Source: Bacteroidales bacterium (GTDB taxonomy: Bacteria; Bacteroidota; Bacteroidia; Bacteroidales; UBA10428). From it: 64,000 nucleotides of DNA. The translations under genes were made by a program, and so were the position numbers. Positions 1 to 8,080 of the stretch are shown piece after piece; position 1 is the first letter of the stretch, and each line of letters begins with the position of its first letter. The notes beneath the pieces were generated by a model. That model made no database searches, was not told where the DNA came from, and was given only the letters and a program-made list of their open reading frames with translations. The stretch spans positions 2,795 to 66,794 of the forward strand of contig JAFGRC010000024.1 of assembly GCA_016935355.1 (NCBI GenBank), read 5' to 3'.

Positions 1-485
1 AACTTTATATAAATCAGATATGTTATCGCATACCATAAAGACCATTTAAGATTCAGCCCTTGTTTCTGGCTATATTCTTCCGCATCCCAATCAATATTTT
101 TCAGATATCCTAATCCATCACTGAATAAAAGTTCCACAGGATAGGGAGCCGGAGTATATGGTTCAGAATAATAATCCGGTGTCAAATATCCCTGCCAATA
201 TAATGAACTATTAATCCATGCTTGTCCCCTGTATTTATATGAATCAGAAGTAAAAAGATCCAGGAAGGCATAATCTGTCTGGCTTTCAATCTGTACTTTG
301 ATATATGATTTTATGATCCGGTCCTCCAATTCATCATCATCCCCCCGGCCTTCCCTGATGCAAGGCCGGGCTGTACCTGTTAATTCAGTTGATGATCCTG
401 AATAATTCTCTTCCTGGATCCTGAATTCACCAGCCCTGTCCAGTATCGTATGGAAGGGAACCGTATATCTTGTGCCGTATGCCAT
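1..485 (-). CDS. Phage structural (tail-type) protein, N-terminal part, runs off the window edge
   Basis: Read manually: ATG at 485, MAYGTRYTVPF...YWQGYLTPDYYSEPY...PYPVELLFSDGLGYLK, open to position 1; resembles Bacteroidota prophage tail-module proteins from recall. Confidence 0.6.
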   Translation of the reverse strand, partial: MAYGTRYTVPFHTILDRAGEFRIQEENYSGSSTELTGTARPCIREGRGDDDELEDRIIKSYIKVQIESQTDYAFLDLFTSDSYKYRGQAWINSSLYWQGYLTPDYYSEPYTPAPYPVELLFSDGLGYLKNIDWDAEEYSQKQGLNLKWSLWYAITYLIYIK

Positions 486-504
486 GATTGTAAAATTTTA
501 ATGT

Positions 505-1017
505 TTATGGTTTCTCTTTATTCTCCAAATACTCTCTGAATTTTGATTTGGTTTCCTTCATTGGAATATGAATATTCTGGGCAGACGAAGGACTTAAACC
601 GAATTCTGCAGCTAATAACCGGGCTTGTTTTAAACATTCAATTGAATATCTTGTCAGCCCGTGCATTCTGATATCAATTATTTTCCGGTCCTGTGGATCC
701 TTCCCCGGATCATCATATTTAACCAGGATATGTTTTTTGATATCTTCCATTTCTATTTCACATTCATAGTGCGATCCAGCAAAAAAGCAGTACATGAAAA
801 ACATATGAATGTTTAAACGATTAATTATACCCATAATAAGCAGTCTGTTACCAATTTCATAATAAATCTGTTTGTGGATCTCCCGGAAGTGATCCGGGGG
901 ATCCGGGAGCTGTTGAAGTGATTCACATTGCAAATGATTCTTTGGAATTCTGCATTTTTGCATCGTCCCCCTTAATTTTTTCACCTCAATAGGTAAACTT
1001 TTTTTGCCTCTCTTCAT
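505..1017 (-). CDS. terS: Phage terminase small subunit, P27 family
   Basis: N-terminal RGKKSLPIEVKKLRGT, PDPP, and C-terminal AAEFGLSPSS motifs typical of P27-family TerS. Confidence 0.85.
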   Translation of the reverse strand: MKRGKKSLPIEVKKLRGTMQKCRIPKNHLQCESLQQLPDPPDHFREIHKQIYYEIGNRLLIMGIINRLNIHMFFMYCFFAGSHYECEIEMEDIKKHILVKYDDPGKDPQDRKIIDIRMHGLTRYSIECLKQARLLAAEFGLSPSSAQNIHIPMKETKSKFREYLENKEKP

Positions 1018-1039
1018 AATATAAAAACTATGTTTCTAA

Positions 1040-1130
1040 ATAAATTCTTATTTGCACCTGAAAAATATTGATGAAGCCACCGGTTTCTGGCTGATAGGTT
1101 GGGAGAATTTACCCCCCATACCCCCCTGGA
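1040..1130 (-). other. Putative cos/packaging-site region upstream of terS
   Basis: Minus strand reads GGGGGGTATGGGGGGT (1126-1111) then AAATTCTCC...GAAACCGGTG; G-run motifs in this position are typical of HK97-like 3'-cos phages. Confidence 0.55.
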
Positions 1131-1145
1131 CTAACAATCAAATAG

Positions 1146-1682
1146 TTATACATAGATAACATTATTATATTCATTAACTGGCTCATAATATTTTAATTCA
1201 ACTTCATGAATTTTTGAATTAGTTATTTCCCCAATCCAAACCAGGGAACCAGGATAAGCCGGATCAATACAAGGCCCAACATCAATTAATTGCAGAATAT
1301 TTTTTATGATAAGGACCCGGGATCCCTGCTCATCTTTTGTCCATTCCTGGAGCCTGGGAACATAATCATATTGCAGCGAACTTCCCCTCATCCTTTTGTT
1401 TCTGATATCTGATTCAAACAACCGATTGAATTTTTCCTGCATATATCCATCAATAGTTTTGGCTTCATAATATATCCCTTCCTTCCTGATCAGGATCCGG
1501 ACATCACCAGGATAAGATCCCAATAAACTTTCCCTTTTATCACAATGACTGATAATACATTCAACATGATCCATGTCTGCACAATCCAAGCAATGAGGAT
1601 CCAGGATCACCCGGTAGGATCCTTGGTTGTCATGGTAATAATGACTTTCTTTTGAAAACGGTATATAGCCGGAAATCTTCAT
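1146..1682 (-). CDS. HK97-family prohead protease (peptidase S78), divergent second copy
   Basis: IISH, RGSSLQY, EW, LIDVGPCIDPAYPGS align with LFNH, KGSSFGF, TW, IYDLSPVVFPAYPQT of 2067-2648. Confidence 0.75.
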   Translation of the reverse strand: MKISGYIPFSKESHYYHDNQGSYRVILDPHCLDCADMDHVECIISHCDKRESLLGSYPGDVRILIRKEGIYYEAKTIDGYMQEKFNRLFESDIRNKRMRGSSLQYDYVPRLQEWTKDEQGSRVLIIKNILQLIDVGPCIDPAYPGSLVWIGEITNSKIHEVELKYYEPVNEYNNVIYV

Positions 1683-1710
1683 TTTTAGACACGATATTTG
1701 TTAAGTGATA

Positions 1711-2070
1711 TCATACCATTACTTTTACTCGTTTCTGCTTCCCTGTGGACATTTTTGACTTGCGGGTATCAAATATATTCCCATCAATATAGTTGCTGAG
1801 GACTTCATCTTTAAATATTGCTGTCATGCACTTTTCAAATTTATCCTGACCAAATAATTCATTACCGATTATTGATTCCCCAAAAGTGATTTCTCTGCCT
1901 TCAATGACAATATTTTCATTTAAAGGCTTGCTGATCCTCCCGGTTTCATAACCGATGATCCTGCCATCCTGCTCATTACAATAAAGTTCAGCAAAGTACC
2001 TGGTACCTGACTTTTCAAGGATAAGATACCTCACATCGTTTTTAATAAATTCTGTTGGCAGTGTTTTCAT
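1711..2070 (-). CDS. Phage hypothetical protein
   Basis: 119-aa ORF with 4-bp overlap to the upstream protease gene. Confidence 0.65.
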   Translation of the reverse strand: MKTLPTEFIKNDVRYLILEKSGTRYFAELYCNEQDGRIIGYETGRISKPLNENIVIEGREITFGESIIGNELFGQDKFEKCMTAIFKDEVLSNYIDGNIFDTRKSKMSTGKQKRVKVMV

Positions 2071-2648
2071 GATAACTTGTATTTATAAAGATCCAACTCC
2101 CTTTGCTTATGCAGCCAATATCTCCGGATCCTGTCGGCCTCTGCAGGATTAAACCTTTTCAAAGAATTCAGGTTTATAGATGTTTGCGGATAGGCCGGAA
2201 ACACAACCGGGCTCAAATCATAGATCCTTTCAAATTTTTTGATCCTCCGTTCCCAAGTGCCATCTTCCCTTTTATTCCATGTATCGCCATCAGATGCAAC
2301 CTTAAATCCGAATGAAGATCCTTTGATATCTTTTCGGCTGATACCTTCCTTAACACGTTCACCAATTGAAGTAACGGGAAGATCCACAATGTACCGGACC
2401 CCTGCTGCAGTAATTTGAATATCCATTGTTACAGGATAACGGCCCAGGATATAATCCGTATTATGATTAAACAGGCTTGTTACATCAGTCCAGTTCAGGT
2501 CCCGGACTGATTCCGGCAATATCATTTCAATAAACCCTCCCAGGTTTTTGCTCCATTTGTTGAAAACAATGCCAAGTCCCTGAATTATCCGGGAATCTTT
2601 TTTAAGTTCCAAACCTTGTACATACCGCCTTTCAATTTCCTCTTTCAT
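2067..2648 (-). CDS. HK97-family prohead protease (peptidase S78)
   Basis: G-IVFN-S-NLGGFIE, LFNHN (His), GSSFGF (Ser), DLSPVVFPAY. Confidence 0.92.
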   Translation of the reverse strand: MKEEIERRYVQGLELKKDSRIIQGLGIVFNKWSKNLGGFIEMILPESVRDLNWTDVTSLFNHNTDYILGRYPVTMDIQITAAGVRYIVDLPVTSIGERVKEGISRKDIKGSSFGFKVASDGDTWNKREDGTWERRIKKFERIYDLSPVVFPAYPQTSINLNSLKRFNPAEADRIRRYWLHKQRELDLYKYKLS

Positions 2649-2649
2649 C

Positions 2650-3012
2650 TTAATTTGTATATTTGATTAATTCATCAATGTTGTTTATCCTTATGAAATC
2701 GTTGTATATTTCAATTCCGGTACCTGCTGTCATGCATTGCAGTTTTTTTTTATAACCGTCTGATAGTTTCAAATACTGTGCTGTAACTTTCTCAATCTCA
2801 TAAGGACGTAAGGATAAAATTCCAGCATCCTGTAAATCCAGAAAAAATGACTGAAAACTTACTGGCCGGAAGGATAAACTTTCTGTATGGTAAACCCCGT
2901 TTCGCTCAATAACTTTCTTTCCATTGATAACCAGGGTATCACTGAAAGGGCTGTTTGCTATCTCCCGTTCAATGACTTTATTTATTGCCGTTGCCAATAG
3001 ATTTAAATTCAT
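2650..3012 (-). CDS. Phage hypothetical protein
   Basis: 120-aa ORF in a tightly packed operon. Confidence 0.6.
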   Translation of the reverse strand: MNLNLLATAINKVIEREIANSPFSDTLVINGKKVIERNGVYHTESLSFRPVSFQSFFLDLQDAGILSLRPYEIEKVTAQYLKLSDGYKKKLQCMTAGTGIEIYNDFIRINNIDELIKYTN

Positions 3013-3176
3013 GATGCTTTGTATATACTAATTAAACACTGGTATTGTCGTTCACTTAATGATCCGGTTTGCTGATACCACCTTTGCAAAGATTTTATAA
3101 ACTTGATCTGTGGATCTGAAAGATCCTGGTTCAATGCCTGTTTGAATATTTCTATTATCTCGTCCTTCTGTTTCAT
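3009..3176 (-). CDS. Small phage hypothetical protein (55 aa, MKQKDEIIEIF...LSERQYQCLISIYKAS)
   Basis: Read manually, below the ORF-track cutoff; fills the gap and has an ATGA overlap with the next gene. Confidence 0.6.
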   Translation of the reverse strand: MKQKDEIIEIFKQALNQDLSDPQIKFIKSLQRWYQQTGSLSERQYQCLISIYKAS

Positions 3177-3183
3177 ATGGTTA

Positions 3184-3930
3184 TCATTTTACTGTTTGCC
3201 TGGCAATTATTTCACTCATTGACTGTTTATTCCGGTTTTCATCTTTGAACCATACTGATATCATTTGTTGTTTCCAGTTTTTTACTGCCTCACCATTTTT
3301 TTGATGCCAATCAGCAACATCATAATAATTGAAGGCTTTTATTGCCGATTGTTCTGAATATCCGTTCTCTGAAAAAAATTCTTTAATTTGCTGTAATGAA
3401 GGGGGAGTAAATTTTGGTTTTTTCCCTCTTCGTTCTTTACTTTCTTTACATTCTTTACATTCTTTACATTCTTCATTAGTTGCCACTTGTTTGCCACTTG
3501 TTTGCCACTTGTTTGCCACTTGTTTGCCGATTTGTTTGCCAGTTTCATTTTCATCAAGTTGGTATTCCTCCCATTTACAAATAGTTATAAGCCTTCCGGT
3601 CTTTGCCGATTCGTTTGTCAGAAATTTCCACTTTTCTAACTTAATTAATGCCGTTCTGATGTTCTTAATTGTAACATCACGGGCGCATTTTTCCTTTAGT
3701 GATTCCAATGATGTTATAAATTGACCTGGTTGACATTTGAATATTTTTTTATGCCACTCCCATTCATTTTCCTTGAAATTTGCCATTAACAAGCACTGGA
3801 TCATAACATCTCTTTGCTTACTGTTTAATGACCTGTATAATGGACTGTTAATAATCTTTCTATGGATTTTAACCCAGCCTCCGGAATTTTGACTATCTTT
3901 ACCCTCGCTCATTTTTTCTGATTGTTTCAA
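3184..3930 (-). CDS. Phage replication initiator (replisome-organiser/DnaD-like)
   Basis: GWVKIHRKI N-terminus, GQFITS, repeat-encoded linker, C-terminal FTPPSL...FNYY...W...VKNWK domain; start may be 3912. Confidence 0.8.
   Translation of the reverse strand: MKQSEKMSEGKDSQNSGGWVKIHRKIINSPLYRSLNSKQRDVMIQCLLMANFKENEWEWHKKIFKCQPGQFITSLESLKEKCARDVTIKNIRTALIKLEKWKFLTNESAKTGRLITICKWEEYQLDENETGKQIGKQVANKWQTSGKQVATNEECKECKECKESKERRGKKPKFTPPSLQQIKEFFSENGYSEQSAIKAFNYYDVADWHQKNGEAVKNWKQQMISVWFKDENRNKQSMSEIIARQTVK
3433..3545. repeat. Iteron-like tandem repeats inside the rep gene (putative origin)
   Basis: TTCTTTACA 9-mer x3-4 (3433-3477), then TTGCCACTTGT 11-mer x4 plus two degenerate copies (3480-3545). 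Confidence 0.8.
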
Positions 3931-4091
3931 GATTTAGGGGGATCTTCGGATCCCCTTTCCGTTTCAGAAAGATCATGTTCTAATTCCTTCGCCAGATCAT
4001 AATGTCCGGATTTTCGGAGTTCTTTGATCCGGTTAAAGACCAACTCCCGGAGACTTTCGTCTTGTTCAAGTGTCGCATTTTCGTGTTTCAT
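3927..4091 (-). CDS. Small phage hypothetical protein (54 aa, MKHENATLEQDESLRELVFNRIKELRKSGHYDLA...)
   Basis: Read manually; fills the gap between the 298-aa ORF and rep. Confidence 0.5.
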   Translation of the reverse strand: MKHENATLEQDESLRELVFNRIKELRKSGHYDLAKELEHDLSETERGSEDPPKS

Positions 4092-4119
4092 AGTTATAAT
4101 ATATATTGGTAATGATCAT

Positions 4120-5016
4120 TTACTTTGCTTTTTTCGTCTTCTGATACTGTTTCAATGTCCGTTTTTCCTGATCAGATATGGCCCCTTGGCGTTCCAGGAT
4201 CTCGCCTTCGACATCCCCGACTTTTGCCCAGGTAACAGCCGATCCTCCAGAGAAATGGACTTTGCCGGATGCATTTTTAGATTGTTCTAATCTTTTTTTT
4301 GCATTAACACCAAGTTCGACTTCAGATTTTTTCGGAAGTTCCGAATCCAAAATTTTAGTGCTAAAGCCAATCGTTGTCATCTGAGAATCGTAACTTTCAT
4401 TTGCTTTTACCTGTACCAGAAAATCTCGGGGTTCTGCAAAAAATGGCTGGCCTGGCCGTTTAAGATCATGAATCCGCACCATAGTTTCAAACGCCTTCAT
4501 CACTTCAACCACTTTTGGCATTATGGCTGCATAATCCTTTTTAAATTTGTTATCCAGGGAGTATTCGCATTTTTTACCGATGATTTCTTTCATGTCGGGC
4601 CTTAATGAAGGTTCCCCTGTTTTTTCATCATACTGATAACATTCAAAATCGACAAACCCCCGGTAACCATGCACCTCAGAACGTTTTTTCAGTTCAACGA
4701 TATTTTGGGGCATTGCCTGGTTAATTTGCTCATTTAATGTATCAACAGTTGGGAGTTGGGTATCGTCTTTTAGGACAAATAGCGGAAATTCCTTTTGCAA
4801 CTTTTCTCTACTCTTATCAAAAATCACTTTCAACTGTTGATGCATATAAGCACCTCCGAATTTTCTGATTCCTTCGCAATATTTCGCATTGAATAGCGGT
4901 AAATTTGGTTCGGTTTGCCAAACGCTGTATAATGCCAATACCACAGTTAAGTATTGTTCGGTCGTGTGTTCTACCAGGCTGGCCCGGCTTTCGTCAAAAA
5001 AAATTTCATCTTTCAT
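4120..5016 (-). CDS. Hypothetical protein of the element (298 aa)
   Basis: Long ORF co-oriented in the operon; no motif recognised. Confidence 0.7.
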   Translation of the reverse strand: MKDEIFFDESRASLVEHTTEQYLTVVLALYSVWQTEPNLPLFNAKYCEGIRKFGGAYMHQQLKVIFDKSREKLQKEFPLFVLKDDTQLPTVDTLNEQINQAMPQNIVELKKRSEVHGYRGFVDFECYQYDEKTGEPSLRPDMKEIIGKKCEYSLDNKFKKDYAAIMPKVVEVMKAFETMVRIHDLKRPGQPFFAEPRDFLVQVKANESYDSQMTTIGFSTKILDSELPKKSEVELGVNAKKRLEQSKNASGKVHFSGGSAVTWAKVGDVEGEILERQGAISDQEKRTLKQYQKTKKAK

Positions 5017-5020
5017 TTCA

Positions 5021-5368
5021 CTATAGTTTTATGTTTAACTTATTTTTCGCTGATTTCATGACTGATTTTGAAACCGGATCCCCTGTCTTTTTAATTTTGG
5101 ATTGTGCGTAATTTATCAGTTCGGATCTATTAAAAACCAGACGTCTTCCAATCTTTTGCTTTGGCATTTCTACCATGCTTAATTTATAAAACAGGGATTT
5201 AGAAACCGGGCTGCCCCAGGTCTTCTGTAAAAGATCCCGGGCCTCATCTGCATTGATATTAACAGGCAATTTTTCCTTCTCTGGCTGTTGAAGTATCTTT
5301 GATTTCTGAATAGCACTCAGGATTAAGGCCTCAAGTCTTTCCTCAGTAATAACAATAAGTGGTTCCAT
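5021..5368 (-). CDS. Excisionase/AlpA-like helix-turn-helix protein
   Basis: INADEARDLL...SKSLFYKL...PKQKIGRRLVFNRSEL (HTH_17-like). Confidence 0.8.
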   Translation of the reverse strand: MEPLIVITEERLEALILSAIQKSKILQQPEKEKLPVNINADEARDLLQKTWGSPVSKSLFYKLSMVEMPKQKIGRRLVFNRSELINYAQSKIKKTGDPVSKSVMKSAKNKLNIKL

Positions 5369-5450
5369 AATTCACAGCTTTATTTCATGCTGTAAAATTA
5401 CAGTCGCAATACACGAAATGCAAATTTAAAGTGCTGAAAATGATGATTTT

Positions 5451-5487
5451 AGGGTACCTGAGGGTACCTTTCAATTTTGGTACCCTA
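5451..5487. promoter_or_regulatory. Repeated AGGGTACC boxes upstream of the excisionase-like gene
   Basis: AGGGTACC at 5451 and 5461 (10-bp period) and inverted GGTACCCT at 5479. Confidence 0.5.
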
Positions 5488-5491
5488 CTTT

Positions 5492-6364
5492 TTAAACAAT
5501 GAATTCTTTGATATTCAAAGTATTATCCTTTATTCGGTTGGCTGTTTTGAAGATTTTGCCAATGTACCCTGGTTTAGAAGGCCCGTCAGGGAATAAAAAT
5601 GATTCGCTAAAATATTGAATAAGAAACTTTTGATTTATTATTTTCTCTCTTTGCAAAGTATAAATGTCTTTTGCATTAATGAGGCAACCCAAATCCCATA
5701 ATTCTGCAATTACTGAAATAAAATGATTTGCTGGTTTTTTAATTACAATAAGATTTTGTGGTTTTTGACCTTTTAGCCACAATAGAAAATGATTGACTTC
5801 AGATTGATCAAAATACCCGATTTGAGATAAATGGCTTGCCAGGCCAATTGAATACAGTTTACTGGAAATGCCTAATTTTTCAATTTTGAAATAATTTTTT
5901 ATGAACTGGATCTTTGCCCTTAACAGGTGCATTTGGAAGTTAATGTTTAATTTTATTGGTTGTGCATTGCCCTGTATCCTGACAATTTCTGAATCGACCA
6001 GATCCCGGATTTTTCTGTAATCGCTTCCCTTAACGAAATCAACATTTTTTTGTAATAGTGCATTATTCCAATGCCTTATATTTTTTACCCTTTCCTGTTC
6101 CAGTTCTTCAAGTTGTGAATTTAAAAATTCCTTTACATCTTTTGGATCCAGTTTTTCTATAACCTGATCAATAAAAGTCCCGAAACAATGCATATTTATT
6201 TCAACGCCTTTGTCAAAAGCCCATAATCGGGATTCTCTGATCTTATCCAGTTCGGATTTTTTGGGAGGTGCATCATCCAATTTATCAGGGAAATCACCAT
6301 CCCATTCATCATTCAGCCAGGCTGAATGAGCGTATTTATTTTTTAATTTTGCCATCCCCTTCAA
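5492..6364 (-). CDS. Hypothetical protein downstream of the integrase
   Basis: 290-aa ORF overlapping the integrase stop. Confidence 0.7.
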   Translation of the reverse strand: MKGMAKLKNKYAHSAWLNDEWDGDFPDKLDDAPPKKSELDKIRESRLWAFDKGVEINMHCFGTFIDQVIEKLDPKDVKEFLNSQLEELEQERVKNIRHWNNALLQKNVDFVKGSDYRKIRDLVDSEIVRIQGNAQPIKLNINFQMHLLRAKIQFIKNYFKIEKLGISSKLYSIGLASHLSQIGYFDQSEVNHFLLWLKGQKPQNLIVIKKPANHFISVIAELWDLGCLINAKDIYTLQREKIINQKFLIQYFSESFLFPDGPSKPGYIGKIFKTANRIKDNTLNIKEFIV

Positions 6365-7670
6365 ATCTTAGTAGTAATTCGGCATTTTTCTGCCGTTCTT
6401 CTTTTTCAAAACTGTCCAAATAACTTTCAGTAGTCTTTTGATTACTATGACCCAGGGATTCACTAATAAAAGCAATGTTTGTTCCACTTCTTTTTAATAC
6501 GGTTGCGAAACTATGTCTGGCCGTATATGTGCTGATATTTCCATATCCCAAATCCTGGCCAATCTTTGTCAATTTATCATTGATAAGTTTCGTCAAATTC
6601 TTTACTATTCGCTTTTCATCAATTGGAGTTATATCCCCATAAAGGAATGGAAAAATGTAATTTGTTGGTTTCCGATCAGAATTCCCCCATTTTTCAATTA
6701 TCGTTTGCATTTGAGGCAACAATGTTGCTGCTATTTCTTTTTGATCCGGGTTTGTTCTGGTAGTTTTCTTTCTGTAAAACCGGACTTCACTATCTTTGAT
6801 ATTTGAATACCGTAAACGTAAAAGGTCATTAACGCTTATGCCATTACACAAATACATGAAAAGCCATAGATCCCTACATTTTCTCTCTGTTTCAGTTACT
6901 AATGGATATTTAAGAACTTCATCAATCTGCGATAATGATAATGCCATTTTCCGGCCGGTCCAGTTTTGGATCTTAAATTTATCTTTCCCTTTGCCAAAAG
7001 GATATTCAGCATTTGTGATCACATCTTCTTCTTTTGCATCATTCATAATTGCACGTATGGCACGCATATACATTGAAATTGTTGTACGGCTTTTATCTTC
7101 TTCAATCAAAAAATTTTCATACTTCTGTAACCAGGTTTTATTAATATCAGAAAATTTCAAGTCTTTAATTATGAATTTTTCTATGTTTTTAACAGTACAT
7201 AAATACCACCCTGCAGTTCCAACTTGCCCGTTTTTATTTAACTTTTCTATCTTATTATAAAAGGCTGTTAATATACTGTTCTGCATTCCCCGGCTTAATC
7301 TTGCATTCAATTTATCATAAGAAAAGTTTCCATTTTTAATTAAAGCAATGATGTGGCTTTTAATGCCGTCAAATCCTAATTGAATTAACCCCTTTTGCTC
7401 CAGCAGGTCTTTTTTTCGTGTTGTTGTCATAGCATACCATTCATTTAATGATAAATCAACTCCTGCATTATAATAAACCTGTTTACGCTTATGAGTAACC
7501 CGAAATTTAACATTATAAAGCCCATTGGTTTTTTTTCGCCTGGTATCAAAAACTATTGATAAAATAACCCCGGCTTTAGAATAATTTTCTGATACAAGCA
7601 TTTTAGGCTCATCATTTTTCTGAAAAGATTTCTTTGTCATTACGTATGAAAATTTTTTTTGAGCATACAA
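6336..7670 (-). CDS. int: Tyrosine recombinase/integrase, Bacteroidota type
   Basis: Arm-binding N-terminus, SAM-like domain, YTARHSFAT, LGHS, TESY catalytic motifs; true start probably 7640 or 7601. Confidence 0.95.
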   Translation of the reverse strand: MYAQKKFSYVMTKKSFQKNDEPKMLVSENYSKAGVILSIVFDTRRKKTNGLYNVKFRVTHKRKQVYYNAGVDLSLNEWYAMTTTRKKDLLEQKGLIQLGFDGIKSHIIALIKNGNFSYDKLNARLSRGMQNSILTAFYNKIEKLNKNGQVGTAGWYLCTVKNIEKFIIKDLKFSDINKTWLQKYENFLIEEDKSRTTISMYMRAIRAIMNDAKEEDVITNAEYPFGKGKDKFKIQNWTGRKMALSLSQIDEVLKYPLVTETERKCRDLWLFMYLCNGISVNDLLRLRYSNIKDSEVRFYRKKTTRTNPDQKEIAATLLPQMQTIIEKWGNSDRKPTNYIFPFLYGDITPIDEKRIVKNLTKLINDKLTKIGQDLGYGNISTYTARHSFATVLKRSGTNIAFISESLGHSNQKTTESYLDSFEKEERQKNAELLLRFEGDGKIKK

Positions 7671-7805
7671 TTTTCATACAAATATAGAAATTAAATGAAA
7701 ATACAGGAATTTAAATGAATGAAATTTATCAACAAATATGTTGATAATCAGGATAGTTAATGGTGAATTGAATTTTTATGAATATGCCTGAATTTAAGCA
7801 AATTA

Positions 7806-7850
7806 TGCTTTGGGAGCAGGTGGTCGCCAGTTCGAGTCTGGCCACCCCGA
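7806..7850 (+). other. att site: 3' half of tRNA-Pro(TGG); not an intact tRNA
   Basis: TGC-TTTGGGA-GCAGG anticodon arm, T-arm GCCAG-TTCGAGT-CTGGC and acceptor 3' strand CACCCCGA present; D-arm and 5' strand absent upstream. Confidence 0.88.
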
Positions 7851-7904
7851 CTTTATTTAAAATAAGGTCTTATAAATAAAATACTTACAAGGCTTTTTTT
7901 ATCG

Positions 7905-7927
7905 GTAGTACAAAAAGTAGTACAAAA
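7905..7927. repeat. Direct repeat GTAGTACAAAA x2, integrase arm-type site candidate
   Basis: Copies at 7905 and 7917, about 55 bp downstream of the att core; CATACAA x2 (7664, 7675) lies on the other side. Confidence 0.55.
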
Positions 7928-8080
7928 CATCTGTAATTTTTCAATGTAATTTTGCTGCCAGAATTGGTAATTGCCAGCATGGCAAAAATCATCTTCAGAG
8001 AACAGACCTGGATTAGAAAGTCTTCTTCATAAATTGAATTTTATAACTTTTTCAATAATAGCTGTATATTTATACTCCAT

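Larger units (their letters stand above)
1..7850 (-). mobile_element. Integrated phage-satellite (PICI-like) or reduced prophage, right portion; left end outside the window
   Basis: Integrase beside a tRNA-Pro 3' fragment; co-oriented HTH, replication initiator, prohead proteases, TerS and tail-like gene; AT-rich, tightly packed ORFs. Confidence 0.85.

Noticed and set aside
3433-3545. CRISPR array or DGR repeat
   Set aside because: Short head-to-tail repeats without spacers; no cas or reverse transcriptase gene in the window.
7780-7853. Intact tRNA-Pro gene
   Set aside because: Only the anticodon arm, T-arm and 3' acceptor strand are present; upstream sequence is AT-rich with no D-arm, so it is an att duplication.
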